Source: Squalus acanthias
Taxonomy: Eukaryota
Direction of reading: 5' to 3'
DNA: 64,000 nucleotides
NCBI GenBank assembly: GCA_030390025.1
Contig: CM059432.1
Span: forward strand, 69,194,001-69,258,000
In this document: in pieces, positions 49,161 to 62,185 of the stretch
Position numbering within the stretch: position 1 is the stretch's first letter
Layout: each line of letters begins with the position of its first letter
Notes under the pieces: generated by a model
Told to the model about the DNA's origin: nothing
Seen by the model: only the letters and a program-made list of their open reading frames with translations
Database searches by the model: none
Made by a program: the position numbers and the translations under genes

Positions 49161-50343
49161 TTATTGGAACCGCAGTCTGCTGAGGCGTTCACGGACCACC
49201 CTTCCGGAAGGCCAATTGAGTGGCTGCCTCCTCCCTCGCTCCTGTTCCTCCTCCTCCTCCTTGTCATCCTCCTCATCTTCCTCCTCCACCTCCTCCCCCT
49301 CTTCCTCCTCCTGAGGTGGTCCCGTAAGCCGTGCAGGCAAGGGCTGGGCCCTCATGATGGCCAAGTTGTGGAGCATGCAGCAGACGATGACGAAATGGGA
49401 CACCTGCTCAGCCAAGTACTGGAGGGCTCCTCCTGAGCGATCAATGTAGCGGAACCATTGCTTCAGCAGGCCGATGGTCTGCTTGATGATGTTCCTGGTG
49501 GCAGCATGGCTCTCATTATATGAGTCCTGGGCAGGAGTGTTGGGGTTGCGGGGGGGAGTCATGCGCCAGGTGGAGATCAGATAGCCCTTGTCTCCGAGCA
49601 GCCAGCCGCGAGCTTGATGTGGTGGCTGGAAGAGTGCTGGCACACCTGGTGCAGGATAAGGCATCGTGGCTGCTGCCAGGATAACAGGCATTCACATTGA
49701 GGATTCGCTGTCTTTGGTCGCACACTAACTTCACATTAAGTGAGTGGTAGCCTTTGCGGTTATGGAAGATCTCAGGATTGTTATGCAGTGCCCGCAAAGC
49801 CATGTGGGTGCAGTCAATGGCGCCCTGCACCATGGGGAATCCCGCTATCCTGGCAAAGCCACATGCACGCTCGTCCTGCTTCTCTCTGGTGATGGGGAAG
49901 GAAATGTAGTCCCTTCTCCTACTGCAGAGAGCCTCTGTGACCTCCTGGATGTAGCGATGGACGGCGAACTGCAAAATGTTAGCTATGTCTCCTGTTGCAG
50001 ACTGGAAGGATCCGCTGGTGAAGAAATTGAGGGGGACAGTGCACTTGACTGCCACTGAGAGAGCCGTGGTTGTCCTGATCTGAGGCTGGAGGTCTGGTTG
50101 CAGGAGGTGGCAGAGTTCTGTGACCATCTCCTTGGTGAAATGGAGCCTTCTAATACATTGCTCCTCGCTTAATTGGAGGTAGGAGAAGTGCTCTCGGAAT
50201 ACCCTCGGAGGGTAATGCCTCCTGTTGAGAGCCCTGATGACCCTCCTCTTCCCTCTGGGCACATGTTCCACTCTTTCTCACTGCCTCTGCTCCCTTCACC
50301 GTAGGTCCTGGAGGGCCACGTCGACTGCCAGTACAGCCCCCAT
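49161..50343 (-). pseudogene. Harbinger HARBI1-like transposase
   Basis: YPPRVFR, LSEEQCIRRL, LNFFTSGSFQ, GFPMVQGAIDCTH, NRKGYHSLNV, PGSSHDA, WLLGDKGY, YNESHAATRNII and CCMLHN; frameshift at ~49660. Confidence 0.9.
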
Positions 50344-50857
50344 TAATGTAAGCCATGTGTAGTGGTTTGATTTTTTTAAAGAATAAATGTAGCTACTTTT
50401 TAGTTCCCACAACACTCCTGATACAAAATAACCTTTAAATTACTGAATTAAACTGTTGCACAATGTGCAACTGACAAGAAAGAACTGAAACTCCACTAAC
50501 CTACAGCTGCGCCTCATTACTCATGATCCCTTTAAATAACGTCCCTGGAGCTGGCTTCCAGCTGCTTCACATCAGCTCTCCCTGTCGCTGTTTGGTCAAG
50601 GCACTAAAGTAGGTGGCGACAATAAATTTCGCAGATCGGGCGGCCAGTGAGCGTTGTACGCTCAGTGACGTCACGATCTGTCTGTCATTGAAGTCCCCGT
50701 ACTGGCGGCATAACGGGGGGGGGCGAGGGGGCGGATTTGCCGTGCGGTGCTGGATTCACCTCGCCCCGGTACTACTGCATCAGCGCCCTGTTACCACCAT
50801 CTGCTGGCGCTAATGGAAGGTGCTAAGGTACCGAATTTTTCCCCCTTTGAATTTACA

Positions 50858-51720
50858 GCTTTTCTTTATTCATTCAAGGAATGTGGGCATCGCTGCCAAG
50901 GCCAGCGTTTATTACCCATGCATAATTGCCCTTGAAAAGGTGGTGGTGAGCTGCCTTCTTGAACTGATGCAGTCCGTGTGGTGAAGGTACTCCCATAGTG
51001 CTGTTAGGGAGCAAGTTCTAGGATTTTGACCCAGCGATGATGAAGGAGCAGCAATATATTGCCAAGTCAGGATGGTGTGTGACTTGGAGTGGAACTTAAA
51101 GGTAATGGTGTTCCAAAGCACCTGCTGCCCTTGTCCTTCTAGGTGGTAGAGTTCACGGGTTTGGGAGGTGCGGTTGAAGAAGCCTTGGCGAGTTGCTGCA
51201 GTGCATCTTGTAGATGGTACACACTGCAGACACGGTGTGAATGTGGTGGAGGGACTGAATGTTTAAGGCGGTGGATGGGGTGCCAATCAAGCGGGCTGCT
51301 TTGTCCTGGATGCTGCCGAGTTTCTTGAGTGTTGTGGGAGCTGCACTCATTCAGGCAAATGGAGAGTATTCCATCACACTCCTGACTTGTGCCTTATAGA
51401 TGGTGGGAAAAGCTTTGGGGAGTCAGGAGGTGAAACACTCGCTGCAGAATAGCCAGCCTCTGACCTGCTCTTGTAGCCACAGTATTTATATGGCTGGTAC
51501 GGTTAAGTTTCTGGTAAATGCTGACCCCAGAATGTTGATGGTGGGAGATTCGACGATGGTGATCCCGTTGAATGTCAAGGGCCGGTGGTTAGACTCTCTT
51601 TTGTCGGAGATAGTCATTACCTGGCACTTGTGTGGCGTGAATATTACTTGCCACTTATCAGCCCAAGTCTGAATGTCCTTCAGCTCTTGTTGCACGTGGG
51701 TATGGACTGCTACATTATTA
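50858..51720 (-). mobile_element. 3' fragment of the same CR1-group LINE family as 37058-41825
   Basis: Clearly alignable to 37060-37920 (WADKWQV.F.PHKCQ, IQDKAARLIG). Confidence 0.88.
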
Positions 51721-53340
51721 CAGCTATTGCTGTTTAACTTCAATCTGGTGTAAAACCACACTTTAAGAGTGCATGGGCACTCCCACCCATTCCCCCCTAA
51801 CATAAAAAATGAGCTGAAGGCCTATCAGAGCTCTGTGCACAAATCCAAGCATGCAAGCCCTGGGATCCTTTGTCACTGACCTCAGTAAATCCAGTCTGCT
51901 TCACTGAGGGTCGCACTTATCAGGTACTGATGTGAGGCTATATCTGTAGTGTAACTGCAGTCCCAGTCACAGTCAGCCATGTATACTTAACTCCTTAATA
52001 TTTTGTACCAATCCAGCAAGTTTGCAGTTGCCATGTGTTTTCCTGCCAAAGAAAATTCAACTACACAATGTTGCTGCCTGGATTCTGTTCCAAAGGTTGG
52101 AGTGCATATTAGGTCACAGGGAGGTACTAGACTATCTGGAGCTTTCTGTACTTTCAGTAATCATTTGGGTCAATTCCATGTTTGTAATAGTTGCCTTCAG
52201 CTGCTCCCTGTTGCCATGTTACCTAATATACAAAAGGAAAAAAAACACCATATTTGGTCCATGTAAATATTTCCTCCCATTCATTTTGATTGCACTAAAT
52301 TCAGCATAAACATTCATTGTTTTCCTTATAGGCACCTTTCTTCTTTCAACATAGCGTACCCACTGATCTAAGACATCATTGTACCATTTGTCCTAAAGGT
52401 TACACCATTAGTCACCCATTAAATAAGCCATGGTCAAAATGTTCAGGTGAGTCCAACTATATTACGTTTCTCTACATTACAACAGTAACTACACTTCGAG
52501 AAGTACTACATTGGCTGTGAAGTGTTCTGGGGTATCCAGAGATTGTGAAAGGCTCTATATAAATGCAAGTTTTTTCTTTTTTTCTTCAACTGCACAAATA
52601 CTGCTTACACTAATTCAAACTAGTGGAGGGTTTGTGGTGACACCTATAATGATTGTATTTCTGTCCTTCCCATACTATTATCTGCTGCCCTAGGGAGCTA
52701 AAACGTGCCAGCCAGTTTCTTAACAATGGAACTCCTGATTTCCCTCTAATGTGGATGAAAAATTATTGCTGGGCTTGAATACAAACAACATAGGCCGGAA
52801 TTTTCTCATTGCTGTGTGTGCAGGTTTGGAGGTGGGTCGGCTGGAAATATTGCGGAAATAGGCAGCACGTTGGGAACCCACCGTCATCCCGCCTCCTCGC
52901 GCCTTTAACTCAGGCGCGTTTACCCAGCGTGCCACGGACCTGATCGGCAGAGGCGGGCGAACTAATTCAACTCATTAACTGCTTGTTATCAGACTCACGA
53001 GGGTTTTTAACTGCAGCTTCTGAATTTAACAGCTTGAACACGGGAAGTACGCAGCTCAGGAACCTCGCCTGTGTATGGGAGGCGGAAGTTCAGTGGCCAT
53101 TGTGCGAGTGCATTAATTGACAGCTGGGAATACTACATTAATACTCACACATTACACCTCATTAGTTGCCTAAGGGAAAGGCTCTTGCTGACTCCATTTT
53201 GTGCACAGATTTAGCTTTCTGAAGTTTGCAGGTCATTTCTGCAAACTCGGATGCCACTCGCAGCACATTGCTAGTCAGTATTAGAACATTGAGGGATTGG
53301 CCTTCTGATCGCTACTTGACCTACCATCTACGACATCAGC

Positions 53341-54561
53341 ATGGGTACCGCTTATACTTTCTCACCTTGGTCCTCAGAATTGGAGCAGTACCACCAACAA
53401 TACCAGCCACACCAGCAGCAGCAGCCACACCAGCAGCAGCAGCAACCACAACACCAGCCTTCTCCTCAATGACCTGATGCTCCACAGGAGAGAGGGGGTC
53501 AGCACAGGGGCGCACCGCGCCGGAGACAATACCCCCAACACAGGGTATACAGGCAGAAGATGAGCTTTCTCAACATGACTGAGCAGCAGTGCCAAAGGAG
53601 GCTCAGGCTGTCGCACCAGGTCGTCGCAGACATTTGTAGCTTGCTGGAACAAGACCTGCTGCCCAGAGGTCCTGGTGGACTCGCCTTACCAGTCAAAGTC
53701 ACCACCGCCCTCAACTTCTTCGCCTCAGGCTCCTTCCAGGGATCCGCAGCAGACATTTGTGGCATCTCGCAGTCGGCCACCCACAGATGCATCACCCAGG
53801 TAACCGATGCCATGTTTCACAAGTGAGCCAATTAGATCAGCTTTGCCACTGATGAAGCCAGTGTTACTGAGCGGGCGCTCAGTTTTGTGGCTCTGGCTGA
53901 CTTTCCACAGGTGCAGGGCATCATCGACTGTACATGTGGCCATGAAGGCACCCCATCATCACCCAGGAGTGTTTGTGTACCGCTAAGGCTTCCACTCCCT
54001 CAATGTGCAGCCCCTCTGCAACCATCAAAAGATGATCATGCATTTGCGCGCCAGATTCCCTGGCAGCTGCCATGACTCTTCCGTGCTGCACCAGTCCACC
54101 CTCCCTCAGCTCTTCGCACCTCCAAATAGACTTACCGGCTGGCTGCTTGGAGGCAAAGGCTATCTATTGAAGATGGAGGCCAAGTACTGAGGCCAAGGAG
54201 CATTATAATGAGAGCCACATGTCCACCAGATGTGTCATAGAACAGACAATAGGCATGCTGAAGTTGTGCGTCAGATGCCTTGACAGATCTGGAGGAGCTC
54301 TTCAGTACCAACACCAGCCAGGGTCTCCAGAATCAACGTTGTTTGCTGCGCGCTGCACACATAGCGCAGCAGCGAGGATTGGAGCTGCAGGAGGAGCAAG
54401 GAGCACAGCGTACAGCCTCTTCAGAGAAGGAAGAGGAGGAGGACAAGCAGATGGAAGATGAGGAGGAGGAGGAGGAAGCTGAGATGTAGATGGCACCAGC
54501 AGCGGCGCACATTGCTGCCCGGGAGGCCCGGGCTGTCCTCATCATGGCCAGATTTACTTAA
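53341..54561 (+). pseudogene. Harbinger HARBI1-like transposase
   Basis: Gln/His-rich N-terminus; [53 protein letters not shown] and TRCVIEQTIGMLK; stops and frameshifts. Confidence 0.88.
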
Positions 54562-54854
54562 CTTGCTCCAATCCAGCCACATGCCTGCCACATGCTGTAC
54601 TAAGTTCCCCCACCAACAACACCATAAAGCATCCCTACAATGACCACACCATTCCTCTCACTCAAAGCCTCAATGCTCGAGGTTAAATAATGTGTCACCA
54701 TTCACTCCAAGTGACAAAGCCATTTCCAAGGTTTGAGGCAAAAATGGACAAGACCCAAAAATGGTACAAAGAAAAACATTTATGTGTGTCATCAAAACAA
54801 CTGAAATGTAGCACTAACATTTTTTGATACACCCACGTGCATACTCTTGTGCAT

Positions 54855-57107
54855 CTACTTTTGTGTCACTTTTCTTTTGCGAGTATTTCTACAAGGTGCA
54901 CCCCCTGTGGTTTCAGCAGAGGTAGAGGCAGGCTGCTCACTTCCCTGCTGCGACTGCGTAGACACTTTTGGCGGACGTCCTCTGGGTTTTGGAGCCTGTG
55001 ATGGCCCCAACAAAGTCTGCTCCTCCTGCAACTGTGCAGGGGCAGACTCGGCCATCTTGATCTGAGGAAGCATGTGGGTCTCTGACTGAGGGGGAGGCAA
55101 CGGGGGAGAAGTGGGAACGCTTTGAGAAGAGCCCCCACTTCCATGTCCCCTCTCACCATCATCCTTCTCATGGGCCACCCGCACTTCCCTGCTAGTAAGG
55201 AGCTGGAGAGCACTTTGTTGCACAGCATTGGGGCGATGAAGGTCCAAGTCAACGTTTACATCCTTCCTTGAGAAGAGGTCGATGAGCGTTTGCCATCTGT
55301 TGTCCACAGCTAGCATGTGCTCATGTGACTGGAGCATTTGCTGCTCCGTGCAGGTGGCCATCCCTTCCATGGAACAACACATCATCGCCATCACCTGCGA
55401 CATGTTGGTGCTCATGTTGGAGCTGGACTCCTCCATTCTCTGAACATTTGCAGACATTACGGCTGCAAAAGATGTCAGAGCCTCACGCAATTGTTGCTGC
55501 CCCTCCAAGATCACCCTCTTTTCAATGGCCCTCGAGGCTCAGCGTCTGCATGCAGCTCGGCAGAGCTTGGAGCATCCTGTACCCTCGGCGAGGAGTCTCC
55601 ACTGCTGTCCCTGTCTCCACCATCTGCTCTTGCTCACTTGTGATTTGTGAGACACCAGGTGACAACACTACTCTATGGCACAAAGGACCCACCGAGGTGC
55701 GCATATCTGCACTGGTGCTGGCTGCACTTGGGTCTGCTGACACTGCACACTCAGAGTCATAGAGTCATAGAGTCATAGAGTTATACAGCACAGAAAGAGG
55801 CCCTTCGGCCCATCGTGTCCGCGCCGACCATCAAGACCTGTCTATTTTAATCCCATTTTCCAGCACTTGGTCCGTAGCCTTGTATGCTATGGCGTTTCAA
55901 GTGCTCATCTTGAATGTTGTGAGGGTTCCTGCCTCTACTACCCTTTCAGGTAGTGAGTTCCAGATTCCAACCACCCTCTGGGTGAAGAAGTTTTTCCTCA
56001 AATCCCCTCTAAACCTCCTGCCCCTTACCTTGAAACTATGCCCCCTGGTTATTGACCCCTCTACTAAGGGGAAAAGTTCCTTTCTATCTACCCTATCTAT
56101 GCCCCACATAATTTTGTACACCTCAATCAGGTCCCCCCTCAGCCTTCTATGCTCTGCAGAGGCTGGAGGTTCCATTGAGGAGTTGTCTTCCTCCTCTGGC
56201 TGGACAGTGGCGGTGGGAGAGTAAAGAGATGAATTAGAAGTGTTTTAATAAGAATGGGTGGCGTTACCATTATGCACATGATGTCATTTCACTGGCTGCT
56301 GACATCAGTCACCATATGGGTGACTGTTGTATGCCATGTGGCTCTATGAGATGTGATTCTGTCACCAGGTTGCTGGGATTTGCCATTCTCTCCGTCTCCC
56401 ACCGCCAGCATCTCTCGAGCTCCCACAATTTCCAGAGCCGGCTCCTCTGCTGCTGTAAGATGTGCAATTACTGGAGAGCCACCTCTGGTTCTCTCCCTCT
56501 TTCTGTTGTTGTGGGCTCTCTTCTCCTGCAAGGAGGGAAAGAAGAGAAGTTTGAGTGAGAGTAATGGAATGAGTGTAAGGAATGGATGGGTTACATCTGT
56601 AGAGGGTGACTGAGGGAGTGGGGTGCCAATGCCAAATGGCCTCCTTCTGTGGTGTTGCTTGCTATGATTGCATTAGGATGAGGGTGAGTGTCAGGGGTGG
56701 TTAGTCAGATAGGGATGTGAGTATGTACATAGAGAGAGAGGGATGGGTGGACGTGCAAGGTATGTTGGTGTGAGGAATGATGTGCAGGAGTAGGCTTGGG
56801 AAGGCAGAGTGATGGGGATGTGTTGTCAGGCACATCAAGATGAAGGTGAGTGTGGCATTGCAATCACCTTTCCTGACCTCATGAGATCACTGAAGCGTTT
56901 CCTGCACTGGATCCAGGCCCTCCTCACCACATCCCTGCTGCTGACCTCCTCAGTTATATCCAGCCAGGCTGTTTTTGTTTCTTGTGGAGGTCTCCTTTGC
57001 CTATCAGCAGGGAAGAGGACCTCCCTGCCTGCTCTGACTGCCTCCACCAGAGTATGCAGTGATAAGTCTGAGAAGCATGGTGCAGCCCTCTGCTTTTGGC
57101 TATCCAT
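54855..57107 (-). pseudogene. Harbinger Myb/SANT-like gene (exon 1 57107-56868, exon 2 56525-56366, exon 3 split by CR1)
   Basis: MDSQKQRAAPCFSDLSLHTLVEAV...AWLDITEEVSS...QCRKRFSDLMRSGK|GT; AG|EKRAHNNR; basic C-terminal end RNTRKRKV. Confidence 0.8.
55753..56153 (-). mobile_element. CR1 3' fragment inserted in Myb exon 3
   Basis: (TCATAGAG)n tail; RRLRGDLIEVYKIM...FFTQRVVGIWNSLP. Confidence 0.88.
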
Positions 57108-57480
57108 CCTTGCAAATTTATAAGAATACTGTGGCCTTTGTTTGTCAGGTTCCACCCTCCTCTAGCAACCTTCAAATGAGTTGAGTGCAAGGCTGCTTTA
57201 AATATCGGCGCTGGAAATGAGTCATCGATGACGTCATCATCAACTCCACGGCGTGTGTGCTTTTTTTTCAACAGGATCCCTGCTCGCAAGTTGGCCTGAT
57301 TGACAGGTTTGGTTGTTGGCTCCCTGTTGAGCAGAGGCCGCAGCCCAGGAACAGGTAGGTTTCCTGCCGCTGGGGTAGAGATCACGAGGGGAAGCGTGGG
57401 TACAGAGTATTTGGAGGATCGGGATGATCGCGGTGGGTCGGAGACAAATCGGGGCAGTGATGGGGGGCGTTGTGGGGGGG

Positions 57481-58390
57481 CCGGTGATGATGGGGAGGGG
57501 GGCGGTGATGGTAGGGAGGGGGCCGGTGATGGTGGGGAGGGGGCCGGTGATGGTGGGGAGGGGGCCGGTGATGGTGGGGAGGGGGCCGGTGATGGTAGGG
57601 AGGGGGCCGGTGATGGTGGGGAGGGGGCCAGTGATGGTGGGGAGGGGGCCGGTGATGGTGGGGAGGGGGCCGGTGATGGTGGGGAGGGGGCCGGTGATGG
57701 TGGGGAGGGGGGCAGTGATGGTGGGGAGGGGGCCGGTGATGGTGGGGAGGGGGCGGTGATGATGGGGAGGGGGCCAGTGATGATGGGGAGGGGACCGGTG
57801 ATTGTGTGGAGTTGGGCGGTGATGGTGGGGAGGGGGGGGGGTGGTGATGATGGGGAGGGGGCCGGTGATGATGGGGAGGGGACCGGTGATGGTGGGGAGG
57901 GGGGCGGTGATGGTGGGGAGGGGGGCGGTGATGGTGGGGAGGGGGCCGGTGATGGTGGGGAGGGGGGGGGGCGGTGATGATGGGGAGGGGGCCGGTGATG
58001 ATGGGGAGGGGGCCGGTGATGATGGGGAGGGGGCCGGTGATGATGGGGAGGGGGCCGGTGATGGTGGGGAGGGGCGGTGATGATGGGGAGGGGGGCGGTG
58101 ATGGTGGGGAGGGGGGCGGTGATGGTGGGGAGGGGGGCGGTGATGGTGGGGAGGGGGGCGGTGATGGTGGGGAGGGGGGCGGTGATGGTGGGGAGGGGGG
58201 GCGGTGATGGTGGGGAGGGGGGCGGTGATGGTGGGGAGGGGGCTGGTGATGGTGGGGAGGGGGGCGGTGATGATGGGGAGGGGACCGGTGATGGTGGGGA
58301 GGGGACCGGTGATGGTGGGGAGGGGGGCGGTGATGATGGGGAGGGGACCGGTGATGGTGGGGAGTGGGGGCGGTGATGGTGGGGACGGGG
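57481..58390 (+). repeat. G-rich minisatellite, ~21-bp unit GGTGATGGTGGGGAGGGGGCC and variants, roughly 40 copies
   Basis: Tandem array directly visible, with GAT/GGT and G-run length variants. Confidence 0.95.
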
Positions 58391-60839
58391 TTGATGATAT
58401 CGTGGGGCGGATCTGATTGCAACGTGTGGGGGTTGAAGTGGGTTGGGTTCGGATTTGAGATTTTAAAAACTTTTACATCCCACCCAACCCAAATCCACCC
58501 GTTTTTGGGGGTTAAAAGTCCCCTCACTGACTCAGTTACTCACTTTACCCACTCACTAACATGCATACATGACAGCAACCCAAGCTGGCACACATGATTT
58601 GCTTAGTAAGCTGTGTTTCAGCGGATATTTTTCAGCCACCATTCCAACCTTTCCCTTCTGTTTCTACAGACCTTCCAGAAGAAGAAAACCAAATGCCCAA
58701 GTGACACTCACAAAGCCAGCTGTGAGCTGTCAGCAACATCTGTACATCAATCCTGCAGGATTTAAATCGTCAGTTTGATATAGATACATTGGGTGAAGCA
58801 CAGAGCAGATGGTGGAGGCAGAAGAAGAGCTTGAAATTGCTGTTCCAGGGGCCAGCACTTGTCCATCCTCAGCTGCAGAGCCTTAGGACCCCAGTAGCCT
58901 GTACTTAAAAGGATACCAACATTGTGCCAAGCACCCTCTAAAGTTGAAATCGCAGAAGAGTTCATTACATAAATCCGTGCAGGCATGCCTGACTGTCCAA
59001 CAGAACTGTAGTCTAGTATGGAGCACATGGCAACTCAATGGACACTTGAATTGGGTCCCCAGTGGCAGAGATCCAAGTCTAGTTGGAGTATCTCTCATAA
59101 CTGTTTAGATTACTTCTGTAGAAGCATTGGTATTCAATCTTCAAGAGGCCACCTTGTCCAAGTTCAACATGCTGAGGGATCGGATGGGGCAATTATGCAA
59201 GGCTTCACTGCTCCCACACAGATCATTGGAAATGCTGAGGGAGTGCCCAGTAGCAGGAGAATTACAAAGAGGTCACTGCCTCTCAAGCATTGCCACATCC
59301 AGCCTCTCTAGCCCCTTCCCTCGAATAACATCAGATGTGCCTGAAAGCTTGCAGAACTAATTAGTCACCAGAGCAGCAGTTGTAGTGGAGCCAATTGTAG
59401 GGCCATCTCATAAACCACCATGAGGAGGCAGGAATCACCTTATCCAGTTACCTCACTTGCTCCAGCCATTTGAGGAGCACCTTAAAGGAGCACAACACAT
59501 ACAGAAAAATTCTCTAACACCCATGCCACTGGCATGCATTGCCTGTGACTTTTCAGCCATTTCATCATCATTCACTTACAGGACAGTGTTCAAATGTCCA
59601 TTACATGAGCTATATTGTAAAACTGCAATCAAAATATCATGCTTTACAAAATTCTTTTTCAGACTGTCTGAATGCTTATTACATTTTATGGGATTTGATG
59701 TCATTTCACAGCACATAAGAATTTGAATACCACAATATCCACTTTTCAGTATTCCATTTAGACATTCCTTCCTGTTAATACTTCTTGTCCTGAGCAAGAA
59801 TGATGGAAGGCTGGATTCCTGCCTCTTTGTCGCTGGTTGAACGTTATAATTAATATGCTGGTTATGAACACCTTATTGAAATGTTTCGATTCTGCTTGGC
59901 CTCCATTAGTAAAATAACCTTCATTTTTCTTTCTTTTCTCTTCCTCTTCTGAAAGCATCAACAGATGCTGAGTGAGAATCCATAGGTGGCAGCACTTCTA
60001 TGGTGTCACACCCAAGTGACTGCTCCTTTGTATGAAGCTAGAAGGTGAGTATTGACAGGCTATTGAACTTTGGAGATAATCAAAGTCAAGCATGATTTCT
60101 TTCCTCACCTAGGGCCATTTAAGGCTCTTTTATTGAAAAATGGGCTAAATACCTGTTTTCATCATAATTTATGACTTGCTAATGAAATCGCAGGATTGTG
60201 CTGCAATTCCAGAGAATATGATTTCCTTAGTAGTTAAAAAAAGCAGCCAATGATGATTTAATGGCAATAGTGGTAGATACAGACATTAGTCAATATGATT
60301 TTAGAAGGTAGTTGTTTGGGGATCAATTGAACACATTAAAAGGGAGCTGGATTGATATCTATTGAGGAGGATTGAGGGTTATAGAGATATTTCTAGCATT
60401 GCTTTTCAGGGGAAGTAGGGTAAGAGATCCTTAAGGGGATCAGAAAACGGTGGTAGTGGGGCACTTTAACACTTCTCAATCAACTAACAAGCCACTTAGC
60501 CAGTATAAGTATTGAAAAGTTCAACAGTGCTGTGCATCATTTTGAAGAGAAATTGTGAAAAACTCATTTTACTGACCAGGCTACAAACATACTAGTTTTG
60601 GTTGGCTGTAAATATGCAATGGAGGCAACACGCATGGCAATATGTCACTCAAAGAGTGAATGTCGTCTCAATGAGTCAGCGGGAAGTCCGGAAGAAATAC
60701 AGAACATAGGGAAAACACAAGCCATGAATATTACGAGAGATGTCGCAAAGTAGTTATTGTTAAAGATACATGCAAAAATCACTGTAATGAGGTGTACACA
60801 CCCAAATGTTTGGTGCACTGGAAACGCTGCTGGAAAGCC

Positions 60840-62170
60840 TGCACTTAATGTCAAGGAGCATGGAGGAGTCCAGCACCAACAGGGCTTTGCGCAGAGCTTG
60901 AAGTCAATCCTTTCCAACATGGAACAGGTGGTCACCTCCATCAGCACAGCTCTGGAACCAACCATGATGCAGCGTCCGATGTCTCAGCTTCCATTGCAGC
61001 ACAAGCAGCTTCCACCAAAAGTCTGAGTGCTGCCATGCAAGCTCAGACTTTTGCCATCATGGCTCTTGGTACCAGTGTACAAAGGGCTTCCAGAGTGTCA
61101 CAGCACTCCAGCAATCTGCTCTCCAACTGATTACTAGGATTGCTGAGGCGCCGTCAAAGGAGAGTGGCGGTGGCTCCATGGAGTACAAACCTGCTGTCCT
61201 CTCTCAGGGTGACAGCATTCATGCTCCCGCCCCTGCCAATCCACCAGTGCTCTTGCTGATGTCTGGCAGCCACCCAGCACAGACTGCAGCAGCCCAGGCC
61301 AAGATGGTGCAGTCTGAAGCCGGGCCTCCTAGGCCCAGAGCTGCTCGAGGTCACCTTCCAAGGCCATCTGCAGTTTTCTCAACTGAAGGTCAGCAGCCTT
61401 CCACCACCCTTGCTGCAGCCACTGGGGACACACCTTGTAGGAGCACTAGGAGAGGCAAAGGCACATGGAAGAGGCACTAAGGGAATGCACAAAGGTGATT
61501 CGTTTATTTTTGTACGCATTATGTCATGATTTAATTTATAAATTTGGATTGGAATGTGCATTTTGTGATTTTTTTTCATTGTGGGTAAGAGGAAAATGTG
61601 ATGATCAGTGACAGAGGAAAGGTAAGGAGTGTAGGACTGCTGGTGAATGGGGAGTTGTGGTTGAGGTTACTGATATCGCTCCAGAATTATTTGATCATGT
61701 AGAGCCCGGGCAGAAAGGGGCTGTTAACATTGCAGCCTCCCTTCCTCTTCCTGTTCCTCCTCTTCCTCTTCCTGTTCCTCCACTGTCCTGCTTATCCACT
61801 TCCTCCTGCTCCTCCTCCTTCTGCTCCTACTCCTCAGCTTCTCACTTGATAGGTGGTGGCAAGGGCTGTGCCCTCATAAAGGCAAGGCTGTGCAGCATGC
61901 AGCTTACCACCACAAATCTTGAGACCCGCTCAGCTGTGTACTCCAGGGCTTCTCCAGAGCGGTCCAGGCAGAGGAAGCTTTGCTTGAGAATGCCGATGGT
62001 GTGTTCTATAATATTCCTTGTGGCAGCATGGCTCTCAATGTATGCCTGCTGTGCACATGTGCATGGGTTCTGGACTGGAGTCGTGAGCCATGTCATGAGT
62101 GGATAACCCTTGTCATCCAGTAGCCACCCTTTGATTTGCTATGGTAGTTTAAATACAGCTGGCACAGAGG
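60840..62170. mobile_element. Harbinger copy D remnant (3' end of Myb gene +, 3' end of transposase -)
   Basis: 61180-61500 is homologous to 48670-48995 and 4270-4568. The minus strand encodes ESHAATRNIIEHTIGILKQSFLCLDRSG and MLHSLA. Confidence 0.8.
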
Positions 62171-62185
62171 ACTTTAAAAAAAAAA

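Larger units (their letters stand above)
46783..50845. mobile_element. PIF/Harbinger transposon copy B, end to end (~4.06 kb)
   Basis: Imperfect TIRs GGGCTAGAAATTC / GAATTTTTCCCCC; Myb gene (+) and transposase (-) converge; no nested insertions seen. Confidence 0.85.
52793..58525. mobile_element. PIF/Harbinger transposon copy C (transposase +, Myb -), a divergent family
   Basis: Left end GGCCGGAATTTT. The right end is tentatively AAAAGTCCCCTC (weak TIR match, no clear TSD). Two convergent genes. Confidence 0.7.

Noticed and set aside
49161..50343. Host HARBI1/NAIF1 gene pair
   Set aside because: Multiple decayed copies with TIRs, stops and frameshifts indicate transposons, not the domesticated single-copy genes.
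57300..58527. Long Pro/His-rich and Gly-rich ORFs (381 aa, 225 aa)
   Set aside because: Artefacts of a 21-bp stop-free minisatellite; no evidence of a gene.
58660..59460. Possible very old Myb-exon-like or other TE remnant
   Set aside because: Only a vague compositional resemblance; no motif I can align with confidence.
59978..59996. CTCF-like motif CCCATAGGTGGCAGCA
   Set aside because: A single partial motif match is not enough without PWM scoring or ChIP data.
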